Below are positions 1-13,111 of a stretch of DNA of 64,000 nucleotides, piece after piece (within the stretch, counting starts at the first letter, position 1; the number at the start of each line of letters is the position of its first letter). The position numbers were made by a program, and so were the translations under genes. The notes under the pieces were generated by a model. That model did not search any database. It was given only the letters and a program-made list of their open reading frames with translations, and had not been told where the DNA came from. The stretch is from Zygnema circumcarinatum SAG 698-1b (lineage: Eukaryota > Plantae > Zygnematophyceae): assembly GCA_037447605.1 (NCBI GenBank), contig CM074808.1, positions 682,001 to 746,000 of the forward strand. The letters are read 5' to 3'.

Positions 1-3000
1 CGTTTTTCACATTGCTCAGGAAGTGTAAGACAAAGCCTGAAATATGGGCCAATCTGTTCCCTGTTCTGTAGCTCACCTGAATACAAGAGATCCTTCCCAC
101 TGTAACTGAATCCGTGCCTGACCAGCGTTTCACTGCAGAAAATTCCACCTCTCATTAATCAATTAAGCACACCTCCCCCCCCTCGCGCGTCCCTCTGCAA
201 TGTTCAAACGCACAATTTGCTTCCATTCCCAAGAATTTAAGCCCATTCAAGGAAGTAGCTATTCCACCAGCTATAGCAGCCCCTACGGGACCCCAAACAC
301 ACCTGATAGCTTCAACAGTGTCTGCATGGCCGCTCGGCTCTCCAAACGCACTTCCATAGTGAAACTTTCCGTTGCAAACGCCTGCTTTGCCTCCCAGCAG
401 CTCTATCATTTTGCCCACCGTCATTCGACTGCAAACCAACACGAAATTCAAGCAGTATGGGTGTCAACCAAGTCACTTTCAAGTCCTTTCACTAACCATG
501 TCATGGTCAACAACTTGTGGCAACTGGCATGAATGCCGAGAGTTCAAAACAACACTGCCATTCTTGCTTAGCTTCCCAACGTTTCCTGAGGTTAACCAAG
601 TATGCAAATGCACCACCTTGGAAAGCCGTGCGGGTTCATAATAAGATCTGGGCAGATTCCTCTCTCCGTGAAGGGAAAGTCCTCCTGCTGCACAATGGCA
701 CCACATACCCCCTTCTGTCCATGGCGGCTGCTGAACTTATCCCCCACCTGGTCGCAGAACAACCCACATATTACACTATGTCAGAAGCAAAACCAGACTG
801 CACATTTCTCCAGAATCACCCATATAAAAGAGTTCTATCTAACATGCAAGGACACTCCAAATCCCGTATGCACATAAATGTATATACAATCATATCTTAA
901 AAAGAAAGAAGCCTGTAGCTTACCTCAGGCCTTCGTGTGTGCCTCACAAGACACTTTATAACAAACTGCGATTCGTCATTTGAAGTGAGCAGCACTTTGT
1001 CCACCACACAGGTCTCCCCTGCAGGCCCCTTATAGGTCTGCGGAGTGTTGCGATAAAAGCTGCATGGTATTCAACACCGAATTCGAATCAATTATTGGCT
1101 CGAGTTATTAAACACACAAAACTGCAAATTGAGACACATCGAGAAAAGACAAGATGCTACTATCTGCTGTTATTATTACTTATCGGGCATCGCCTGCGGG
1201 TTGGCGATGGGATCTCGAGTGTTGATGGGGCTTTGCTTGTTCACATATATATCGCCAGGACGGATCATTTCTCCCACAGCGGCAATGCCATCATAGTCCA
1301 GCAGCTGCAATGTGGGGCCAGTTAGAGAGCCCCCTGGCCCTTCAGCGATATTCCAGTCTTAGTATTTGGGATTTATTTACTATCCGAGGTCCGGGTAATC
1401 CAAATTCTTTAGACTGACAAGTTCAGATTAAAACTCTCATAGCAGACACCTCAGAGTCGAAAACTGACAACCCCCTTCGTCTTACTTTCTTTACACAGTA
1501 AAAATTCGCTTCATTTCATAATCTGCTGAATTAAAGATATTGCGAATTGTACTTATATATTTATGCATTGAAGATTGTGCAAAGCACCTGACAGCGCACT
1601 GAAGCTGCTTTTCCCCCCGGCCCCATTGCAGGCGCGACTATGCGGTCCGATGCACGGTTTGCATACTTCTTTATGTTCGTCGCATATCTGCATTGCCCAC
1701 ATAATCAACTTAGAAAAGCAATGCTCAATAGTCTGATATTCAAGCCATCAAAACATTGACCTAGCCATGCAGACTCCTTATTTTTCGCAGTTGTGAGTAT
1801 TTGGTGGTAGTAGGAGTTCCAAGGATCATTGCAAGCACCTTCGAATAACAATGCAGCGTCCTAAACCCCGATCTAAGGAGGATTTGTTCCAAATACTCGC
1901 ATCTTCAATGTCATAACCGCTATAACCCATCACAGCAACAGTTGCATTTTGGCCCGCTCCCAATTGATCAAAACCCACCTGTAAAAAAGGGCAACGGCCT
2001 ATATTTCAGCTGCAGAAATGGTCAAAAGTGAAGGTTTACGTCACGTCACGTCCTTATCTACGCCACTCGAAAGTAAAGCTTGAAACTTGTTTTAGCGGTA
2101 AAAGTGATGTTCAAAGCGAGTAAGTGAGAGAGGACTTACAAGCTCAATACTGCGAGTGGTGAGAAGAGGCCTCTGAGGATACACGAGCAGATAGAGCAGT
2201 GTGTCCATGCGGTAGAGCTGCAAACAGAGCCTATGTCAGCCTTACAATTGGCACCCAAATTTCTTGGGGGACAAAAAAACCCTTCAAAAACAACCCCTCG
2301 CCTTTCATTTGAGGAGAAACAATTCCCCCAAAGATCTTGCGATTATGGAGAAAAAGAAATGAAACGAAACTTGTTCCATTTGATATACATAGGGCGATGG
2401 CAGAGCATAGCAAGCAGACCTGATTGAAGGCGATGTTGCCCATGGCCTGCTTTCCCATGGCGCACTGCATCCCCCATTCATGGACACCCCATCTCACATA
2501 ACTTTTCTTCTGCTCCCACATGTCGCACAATCTACACATACATGGCAGCAAAAAACCACTTGAGAGATGACTTTATTTAAGGTCTTTTATCTCCCACCTG
2601 ATATGTATTTCGAGGTGATTGGTTGTGGTGAGGATAGGGGATGAGCCCCGCGCAAACTCCCAAAATGGTGAAGGGTTCGATTTCAAGATGGGTGTGGCTG
2701 GGAGTCAGATCCTTCTCATACAGAGCTATCTGCCCATGGAGAAGCCCATAAATTCCACGCACAAATGCTTGATTTATGACAACGAAGTTATGGAGATTAC
2801 TGGCTCAACTATACTCGACTTGAATGTGCTCTTAGCGAGTAAAGAAACGCTGGTAAGCGGCTTACGCAAACTCAATAAGCACCCACTTAAGAAGGAGATT
2901 CCACTTTACACTGGTCTTAAATAAAACATTGTATTTGATGCTCCTTACCAGACAATTATTCTCTTCATTTACATCTAAATACTCCACAAGTCCCTCTCGC

Positions 3001-6000
3001 AGGAAGTCATCGAAGCTTCGAAAACCATCCTGCAAACTCCGCCCATACATATTTCTCATCAAACAACATTTTTTCAGCTATCCGAACACTATTGCTAAAA
3101 GGGCAATGATATTTCTTGCCTTACAAAGAAGGAACACGAGGTTTCATGTTATTGAAACACTGACTTTTTCTTTCTCCAGTTTAGCAGCAGGAGAAGTTGT
3201 GCGAGTTTAATATTCTTTCTTCAAACTGCATTGGGTTATATAATTGCTAGATGCTGCTTCGACTACATATTCTTTGTCCACCACAAGCAACATTACAATG
3301 CTGACCTCTGCAGGCTTTCAGTTCAGAGAAAAGAAAAGAAAAACTCAGAAAGGTACTCACTTTGAGCTCTCTCATATGGTACTCTTTCACCCTCGAAACT
3401 CCGCTGTCGGAAATGACAAGCGGTCGGCACACTCGCCCTCCGTCTGATGCGATATATACACAACGCTGCATCCACAGAGCACACCCCATCAAGGAACGCG
3501 TCAGAACCTTAGAGAATCAAAGGGACAAAGGAAGATGGTTCAAAATGCTTTAAGGGTTTGTTGGGCTTCTTGGGGCTAGGACCTTTGGGATTTCCGGCTT
3601 TCGCAAGGGACAAAGACATCAACAAATGCACATCCTCATGGTGATGAAAGTTCATGAACCAAATGTGGGGTCTAAACAAAGTCAGCATAACCAACAAAGT
3701 TACATAGAAATGTCTCACATGGGGGTCATGCACATGCACGCTCACAAACTCCCCCAGTTTGCTGGCTCGTCGAAGTCGTCGAAGGGACTCTGCAAACTTC
3801 TGTGGGACCCAAAAAAAAAAAAAAAAACCCCACGAAGCCATCAGATACAGAGAGCAACAACCAAAGCATATCGACTTCACACCTTCTTCTACAAACCAAC
3901 ACATTGTTCCACTCCTGAACCCAAAAAGAGTGCACTCATTTCCGTATAGTATTTCCGCACTGTGTAAATCACAAGTAAACCCCATTCTCACCCTGGGCCG
4001 AGTGTGAACCCCCAAAATCGAGCCATTAAGGAAGACCATGTAAGTGAATGGGGAGTGAAGCTCCTCCCCTGAGAGCAGATTGAGCTCTTCCACTCCCAAG
4101 GTTGAACACTGCATCAAGGAGTCAAAAGTAAGGGAAACCCATCAAGCTCAGTAAGTAACTTGTCCTGCACTGATTTCCCGGATGAGAACTTAACTTTCGA
4201 ACAAGGCTAACATAAAGATCTTTGAAGAATTTTGGGCGCTCTCACCAAACGGATTAGGGGTCCTTCCTCTTCATCAGTTGTGACGTGTGTCATAAGCGCT
4301 AAATTCTTCACAAGTCCGCAGGCTTCTCCCTCCGGAGTATCGCAAGGGCAAAGCATCCCCCACTGTTCCATATTCAAAAGCAACACAAAGCATCAAACAA
4401 ACATCAGCCATCTCAAAGCTCTACACTTGTACTCTTCTTATAAGATTTGTTGGATAACTCTACTGTATTCCGACCCTCGTTCCACTTCAAACAGAGCTTT
4501 CACACATGTAGCTATCATTCTCCAATATCATCTCCTTACTACTCCGGAGCTTCCTGATCTTAACAAGGGAGTTTCTCCTTGATTTATGCAATAAAACTGC
4601 CAATTTTGTTCTTCCTTCAGGAGCGGTACATAAACTTATAGCTACATACCTGACTGGGCTGCAATGCACGAGGTCCACTGACTTTCCGCGTCTTCTCAAA
4701 CTGCGAAGTGATGCGAGTCATGTGGCCCAGGGAGGCAATGAAGGAGAGGCGTGAAAGAACCTGCAAAGCTTGTAAAGACACATTAAAAAGCATGCAAAGA
4801 GCAAGGGGATACCGGAGAATAGACGATCAAACTAGTTCAGTAGGCAACTTCACATGGACAAGTAGCGTTTCTTACTTGTGTGACTCCCTTCCGGTCCATA
4901 CGGAATCGTTTAACGGTCCAATTACCGCTGGAAATGGCATGTTCAAGCCCACTGGTGAGAGTATCGGGGCGAATGCACTGCACGCCACAGCAAATGTACA
5001 AAAAAATAAAGAAATGCCCTCACCCTTAATGTGAAAGACAAAACAAGCATGGCACAGGCAAAAAATTTCCTCACTCGAGAACCATAAGGGCAACGGTGAA
5101 TAGAGTAAGAGGCGTGGCATTACAAGGTGAAGGAAGGGAGAGAGGGGGAGAGGGGGAGAAAGGAGAAGTGCAAGAAGCAGGCAGGGAGAGGCACTCTCAA
5201 CAATGGCCAAAATGCTAACCTTAGCAATGTCAAACTGTGTGGAGCGATTCGCCTTGGAGAGAGTAATGTCTGCCTGCCGCTTCAAGTCCATGTTCATTCG
5301 CTTAAAGAGGTCCTGCAGGCTTCACCTGCTCTGCATTCAGGAACGTTCTGAATAATTGGGAACCTTAAATGAAACACTTCGCAAATTATATTCTATGTGG
5401 TAGGATTTCATGTTGTTCTGCAATGCTGGCTCGCATCAAGTTGTTTACATGTTTGCGGAGTTTGTGTATGCAAATGAAGGCGTGCTGCAAGCAGAGTCCC
5501 ACCTCAAACAGCAGAGAGAGCAGTTGTCCCGCCAACTCCAATCGCTTGTTGCCGACATAGTCCTGCACCCCAGGTATACTAAAAACTGTTAAAATCTGCA
5601 AAACTTACACGGTAAGCCATCCTTACATCTAGGTGATCATCCTGTTAAGAACCCAAATAGAGAACACATTCGTCAGTTCAACTAACGAACACATTAGTCA
5701 GCTCAACTATTTTATTTCGCATTAGTCAGGTCAAGCAGAGTCCTTACCTTATCATCTACAGCCTCCTTGTTCAGCATAGCATCTAACATCCTCCGAACGA
5801 TCACTGCCACATAGATACACTTTTGCCGAAAATCGAATTCTCGAACCTGAAAGCAGCCTCGTCCCATAAAAATAAGTATCCGGAAACACGAAAGGAGTTC
5901 TGACGAAGTATATACAGGCATGAGTAAAAAAGGCTAGATTTGGAAAAGGAAAAGCACGTTGTCAGTAATAGTTCTAGGGTCAAGCAGGCCTCATACTGGC

Positions 6001-9000
6001 ACGTGTGCGAGCACCACATTGGCCAAAATATCTCGTGCTTCATCCACCTGCACCCAACTCCCCTCACGTAGATACTTTTAAGCATTCTGATATAGGGGCA
6101 ACTGCAGAATGGAACGAAACGGAACGAAATAAAAGGGATGTTTTCTACACAGAACATATAGCCATATAGATTTAGATTCTCGTATAAAGAAAAGGGCTGC
6201 AGACTGATACCTTGGATCGCTTTGTTTTTACCCACATCTGCCGAGCCACTTTCACCTGCAGAATGCATCGTGCACGTGGAAAGGGTTATGAATTCGAATA
6301 GACAGACAATAGCAGAAAGTTCTGAAGAAAGCCAAGCAACAGAGGTCTAGAGATGGGTCTAGAGATGCACCTTCACACCGCAATACTCCAATGCCTGCTG
6401 CTGTGTGAACACTCCAAGAGCTGCACACTCCTGTGGCCAATAGAAGAACGCCGCGTGTCACAAGCTGGCCACTTCCAACAACATTCAAAGCTGAAAACCC
6501 TTTTCTTCAAAGGCATCGATAACGTAACTTTCATATATGCAATTATGGAAATTGAAGAAGTTTGCCAGGAATCTCATTGACAATGAGAAGACGGTGCAAT
6601 GTTTATCCTCGTAGTGTGAGCACTTGTTGCTTATCCTAATATTGTACTTGGAAAAAGATCAAACCCTTAAGTGAAGGACTGATTCATTCAGATGTTTGAT
6701 CCACAGCGTGACAACAAGGGGTGGACCCATGAAGTTGAACCATCGGTGGATCCGGCCCACCTGAATGGACGGAGCAAGCAGGTCTCCGAAACGAGGGTTG
6801 CGGCCGACCATTTGCACTACCTCCTGGTCGCTCTCTACCCCCATGGCTTTCAGCACCACCACAATAGGGACCTGTACAGCATACACACATGAGAAAGGGT
6901 GATAAATTCATGTTAAATTCATGTTCATGTTCATGTTAAAGCTGATTAGATAAAAAAAGTGACAAAGATTAAGCCAAAAAGAGGCCCAGCATAAACATTT
7001 TCAGGTAACTTTCGGGTTAGAACACGTGAGGTATACTCTTGGCTTCCCAAGCATCCAAAGTTGCCACTCACATCTTCGGTGAAGGTGTTGTGCCGAAGAA
7101 GAATCCGTCCGTGCTTAACTGTCAGATTGGTCTTACTCTTCCTTTCGTGTGTGCTTGAAGTCACCGACGCAGCGACACTGTTTCACGAAATCCCATATAT
7201 CAATCACTCTTTTCGAACAGTTTAAGAAGAAGCTTAAGAACGTTTTCAATTCCAAACTGAGCATAGCTGAGCATTCTTAAGAATTGTGAATATTCGAGGG
7301 GGGGGCGAGGGCGCTTACTTGCCATGGCTGTCAGTGTCGATGATAATTCGGTTCTTGGAAAGCTGCTCCTGAATAAGAATCACCTGCAAAGAAATTATCC
7401 CAATTTCCTTCACTCCTGTGTATTGCAGCCATTCGAGCAGAAGATCATCAAGTGATCAACCCAATCGATGAAGAGACCTTGTCAACCATTCAGTCTCTCG
7501 CTCTCTCTCACTCACTCTCTCTCCTCTCTCTCTTTCCCTTCCTCTTTCTCTGTTTCTCTCTCTCTCTCGCTCTCTCATAAAAAGAGAAAGATATTTCTCA
7601 TTCAGATACCTTTTCTGTGCCCCGCACGACGAAGTATCCTCCAGGATCTAAAGGGCATTCTCCTGCACGTTACGACAGCTCGCCCGAGTACCAATTCTTC
7701 AAAACATCACTTAAGCCTGCCACTCTAAAAGGCAAAGCGAAAAACATCCCCTCAGACTGTCCCTATAAAGGAGAAAATAAAATAAAACTGGCTCACCTAA
7801 CTTGGCTAGTTCGGCTTCATTCTTTCCGAACAGAACGCAGCGACTGCTTCGCAGCATTAGCGGCATTCGACCAATCACAATGGCCCCCTGCCACAGTAAA
7901 AAAAAAAAAAAAAAAAAATCAGTTCATTCCATGCTTCTGCTTCTGCTTCACTTTACCCTTTTTCCGATCGAGTTCAAAGATCGGAGCTATCTTGGGGTCT
8001 TGATGCTGCACTTCCGCATAGCCAGACATAACCTCTCCAATAAAAGTCGCAATTCTGACGGCAGCGTGAAGCTCCACTTTCATATATAACAACAAACAAG
8101 CGAACGTTGACCGATTCAACTTGCGTAAAGCGCAGAATCTGTAACTTGCTTCACTAACCTCCCCGTTCTTTCCTTTGCGGACGACGATTTCTTTCCCTCG
8201 TGTATACTCAACATCCACACTGATTGGCGCAGCGTATCTGATACCTCTTCCAAAGGCAACCCAAAAGCCGCTTTTAGATTTTGTGCAGTTGAAGAGACGA
8301 AAATGTTTCTTGAAGTCCACGGAGTCATGAAGTCATTCACTAGTATTGAGGCTTCGGCTATTCACAGTGTTTTCCAAATAAGCACTAAAGAGCCGACACC
8401 TAATCTATGTCTCACAAGTTATCGAGTTGGGAGAGGGCCGGCTAAAGGGGGAGAGAGAGAGTACGTCATGTCACGCAGGCGGCATTGATGGGGCGTGATT
8501 TCTTCTCTCACATAGTCCTGCTCCACGCATGGTTTCCCGACAAAGATGTCTGTGTACCTGCATAGCTCATATTATCCATCAAATCGCGAATGCGAGCGAG
8601 AACATATATCAGTGACAAGGAAATCTCGATGTGCAAGCACGATGAGAAGGACAATCACTTTAATAAATAGAACTATGTAAATTAAGGATTTTCGCTCATC
8701 GATCAGCTAAGAAAATTAAGATGACTTTATATCGGTTTTTGAATATAAGATTTGAGAGACGTATTGTAGTCCCCAAAAAGGAAACCATGGCTTGTTCCTA
8801 AGAACTTTTCTGAGTCCCACCGCGGCTCCATGTTGCCCATAGTTCCCGACTCAGTAAAGCATGAAGAGCCTGTTTGAAGAGCTGCAAGGGGGTCCATGAG
8901 GCCTACTTGAGGTAGAAGTTGGGGTCGGTGTCACATGTCACCTTCTCATTGGCTTTGGCGTGAATAATCTTCTTTATGTCGCAGTTGATGAGGTAATTAA

Positions 9001-10702
9001 AGGAGTCGATATGCTGCTTCACCAGTCCTCGAACCTACAAAACTCAAACACGGAAACATAAACTTCACCTCACTTCTGCAAAGGTGAAAGTTTAAATCTC
9101 CTGGTAAACAGAAGACGGAACACTTGCAACAAACTTGCCTTCGCTGTATTGCCACAACACTCGTTAGATTAAACTGCATCTGCTCACGATAGTTCATCCT
9201 TGCACGTTAGTTCAGTGCAAGTCACTAACACTCGCTGACAAGCTAAGTGACGTATTTCATCTGGACCCAGTAATAGCTCAACCAGTGACTTTCAAGCAAT
9301 TAAAAAGGCAAGGCCGCACTTTTTGTGATATAATCCAAATTTCACTCTAAAGACCTCAATAAATGAAAGGGCGAATCCCCACCCAGTCATATACTGGTCC
9401 TCATTACTGTATCGACCTCAGCGACCAGCTTAGCCTTCCCCTCTCCTGTGGCAATCGAAATCGCCCTTTTATGACATGATACATTGACAAGTCACCTGTT
9501 TTTAGCCGTGCTGACTAAACTAAAACACAAGATAAATGTTAAGTGGAATGATTTCATTTGAAGTTAAACATCGTTTTTTTTTGTTTTCACCATTACTTCT
9601 GCCTCGAACAGTCGTCCAGTACATTCTCGTTCTTCTCTGGTTTACTAATTTCCCTTGGCTCCATTCTTGAAAGGCGCAGAGTAATGCCTTGTACCTTAAG
9701 GAAGGCGGGCAAAAGTGCGAACTTGTCAACAACAGTCTTAATTGGAGCTGCCAAATTTTGAGGGTCGTGCAGCCTGCCACCAAAACCGCCCAGCTTTCCA
9801 TCTTTGAAGGAGATTGGAAACAGGGACAAATGAGACGCTATCAAGCGACAACTTAAGCTTGATGAGCATGAAACAACGAAACAAACGACGAGTTTTAGTC
9901 CAAAAGTATCGCCTATCCAGAGCACTAGTTATAGAATGCAGAATTACCAAAAGATCCCCACACGATTTAGGCACGTACTAATCCTTTGCAGTTGATCAAG
10001 CAAATGACTTCATAATTAGACAACATTCAACTTGCAGGCAATGTCAAATTTTTGAATCTGCAGTGATGAATTGTTTTAAACCAATGGCTTTGTGCAAGTG
10101 TTTTGCAAAAGTGATAATAGAATTCTTTAAATCAAATGGCTTGAAAGCAGGACGACCGAGGCAATTACGCCTCACCTTTTCTCCAGCTCGCTGTCAGCCA
10201 TGGCCGCCGCAGCCTTCGCTTCTGCGACCAACTTCAACGCTTCCTTCTCCGACATCACTTCACTCTCCACCTTCATCCCCTTTCCTTCTATCCACCCCTC
10301 CACCTTCTCCTCCTTCACCCCTCCCCCTCCATCCCTCTCCTCCTTCAGAGCAGCTGTCATCACCTCACCCTCTGTCTTCACCTTCACCTTTTCCTCCTCC
10401 TTCTCCCCCTTCACTGCCACGTCAGCCCTAACCGCAGCACTCGGAGCTACAGCATCTTCAGCTTTCAAACTCCCTGCAGCCGCCATGGCCGCTCCTTCCG
10501 GAGCTCCCGCCTCCACCTTCACTACCCCACGCCTCCTCCCCCCCGTAGGCACAAATTTCCGAGAAGCAGGACCGGCTGCCACGTGGGGAGCATCCAGGGG
10601 GGCGTCCAGCACGCTTGCCTCCCTTCTGGCGGAGAGAACGAGAGGGTTTTTAGGGTTTGCCGGTACCTTCTCCTCCGAGGTCTCCTTTGAACCGCCTTCC
10701 AT
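1..10702 (-). CDS. NRPC2: DNA-directed RNA polymerase III second-largest subunit, multi-exon; 3' end lies outside the window
   Basis: Minus-strand exons read [20 protein letters not shown]|[24 protein letters not shown] (~9690-8950), [104 protein letters not shown] and [17 protein letters not shown] (~330-430). These are RPC2-type rather than RPB2-type motifs. ATG at 10702 is in a GCCGCCATGG context. Confidence 0.95.
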
Positions 10703-10861
10703 GGCGGCGGCAAGATGGGAGGAGTCTCTAACCGACTCTCTCACTGTTTGCGTTGAGCAGGAGAGGGGTCAGAAAACCATGGCTGCCGTCTGCCACGTGT
10801 GTATCGTTAGCAGTGACCACGCAGGAGGGGGGACAGCGGCTGGCTTTCACTTTTAGGGTTT
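10651..10861 (-). promoter_or_regulatory. Two telo-boxes (AAACCCTA) at the NRPC2 5' end
   Basis: TAGGGTTT at 10651-10658 (inside exon 1) and 10854-10861 (~150 bp upstream of the ATG). Telo-boxes are typical of plant translation and ribosome-biogenesis genes. Confidence 0.4.
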
Positions 10862-11818
10862 GCAAACTGCAGACTGGACTGCTTAGAAGATTCAGATTTC
10901 GAGCATAGAACGAGCGGTCGTGAGCAACGGCGATGGCTTACATGGAGCTTGCTTGGATTTCTGATTGGTTTGTACTTCGGCCTTAGTTCATGAACAAGTT
11001 ATAGTTCGAGTTTGTTCTACATTGAACTTCCAACAACTTTGTTCAAGTTCTATTCGTACAGAACGCAGGTGCGCAGCTAGACATGTCGAGGTATGCGGAG
11101 CACGTAGAGGTTATGAAGCAGATCGAATCATGAAGGCGAATGAGAAGCAATAATACATGTCGTTGAACAACCCGAATGCCTGTTTATGGCTTATTAACTT
11201 GGTAGATGTGTGCATGAGGCTCGTGCAGCATGCGTGGTCAATAGTCTGAAGGAACTCCTCTAGCTCTCATCCAGCGTGCCTTGTCGAACCACTTTTACCT
11301 TTTAGTATTTCGTTTGGGCCAAGCTTGAGCTTGTCAGGAAACTCTCTTGCTGTTTGTTTCGTTGCACGAGTACTCGTTACATGGAGGGGAAGATCGCATA
11401 GGAAGGTTACTTACACTCGTTCACGTTCTCATAGGGCGTTAGTTGTTGCTTACTCCGCAGAGCCGCGATTGCAACAACCAAATGAATCCTGACCGAAGAG
11501 TAAAATTCATTTTTTTATGAAAAAACAGTCTATTGAAACACAAAACAATAAATATAAAGTTGGAATGTTGGCATCGGAATGTCAATTATGCGAAGAGTCT
11601 TTTCCACCTTTCTAGTTCCATTGTGTGCCAAAAGTTTGAGAAAGTTTCTTCTAAGTCGTGCTTTCCACTGTCGCTACACTACACAATTAAAATTTCACAA
11701 TCTGTTCACAAAGAATGGCGTTAAAAGTGCAACCTCGCCATATCATACCACGATGAAGCTTGTTTCTAGGCATGGAGGAGGCGGTCCGATGGATAAAGGG
11801 ACAACAAATTGCACGCAA

Positions 11819-11935
11819 TGTGAACTCTCGTGACTCATGCCAGTCATGAGCCATGAAGCCATGACTTCTGATGACTCGTGAGACTCCTCATGGCCCCATG
11901 GCCTCTCACTCATGGCCCCATGGCCCCATGCCACC
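11819..11935. repeat. Degenerate short tandem repeat (GACTCGTGA / CATGGCCC units) in the divergent intergenic region
   Basis: Reiterated gactcgtga, catgagcc and catggccc words are visible directly in the sequence. Confidence 0.5.
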
Positions 11936-12673
11936 GAACGCGAAGAAGAATCTCCGTGTTCCCTGTCGTGCAACTGCGCGGTCTCGCATGGAACGCGCCA
12001 GTCCGCCAATCGCCCGCGCCCGCCAGCCGGCGGCCCACAGCGAACGCGCCCCCGCTCGCGCCCGCCTTCGACAAAACCGGTAATGTCGTTTCAAGGGAAA
12101 AACTGTCGCGCGCTTCACGACAAAAAACAGCTATCGACTCTGATCGACCTTGACCGTCTCGACGTCACCTGCCCAAAAAACGACAATTTTGAAAACGTCA
12201 GATTATGCCAATCTAGGACCTCCAGTCGTTCCAGCCTCCAACTGCCGGCAACCCTACCGACAATTTACGAGTGCCGACAAAACTCGCCGGCAGTTGCGAC
12301 CCGTCCTTTCCGTCGAAGCGGTTGGAAGGCGACAAAACGCAGGCCAACGTCCTAGGAACTCTCGGCGGCCGCCAAGGCATCAACCGCCGGAGCCCTTCCT
12401 TAACCGCCTCCCCCTCGGGAGGAAGCTCAGGGAGCCTCGCCTCGCCCTCCATCCCGACTCCTAGCAGAGCCCTTCTTGCTCATCTCATCCCTCTCCTCTC
12501 TCCCTCTATCTCCTCCTTCATTCGTACTACACATACAGCATTACGACGAAAGGCAATTGGGGCAGATTTCGGAGCAAGCGGGAGATCGAAAGCTCGTGGG
12601 AGCAGCTTCGAAGCAGGAGTTCAAGAGTGTTTTTCGAGAATATTTTAGGATTACGGGAAGTGGTTCAGTCCCA

Positions 12674-13060
12674 ATGGGGACTTTTAAGGCAGGGCCCGCC
12701 TTTGTGGGCATTCTCCTGCTGGTTAGCTACTCCATTGTGCCTGCATACGCCACTTACACCGCGTGCCCAGCAACCTTGCTGACCAATCCGTCGTCATGCA
12801 CCATGTGCCCCTCTGCTTCGAGCCTGTCGTCAGTGGTGGCGCTAACGTTCCCGGGGGCGGTGCGGGGGAGTTTGGTGAACCACTTCGGCTACACGACCAA
12901 TGCGTACACGCTCTTGCCGGATCTCACGGGAGTCACCGGTAGCATTGGAATCGACCAGTGCTGCGCGCTTTGTACGAATAACGTAGACTGCGATTACTTT
13001 TCGTGGAAAAGGGCATCCATCCTTACTTTGACGAACGTTGGTGAGTTCTCTCTCTCACCC

Positions 13061-13111
<51 letters not shown>

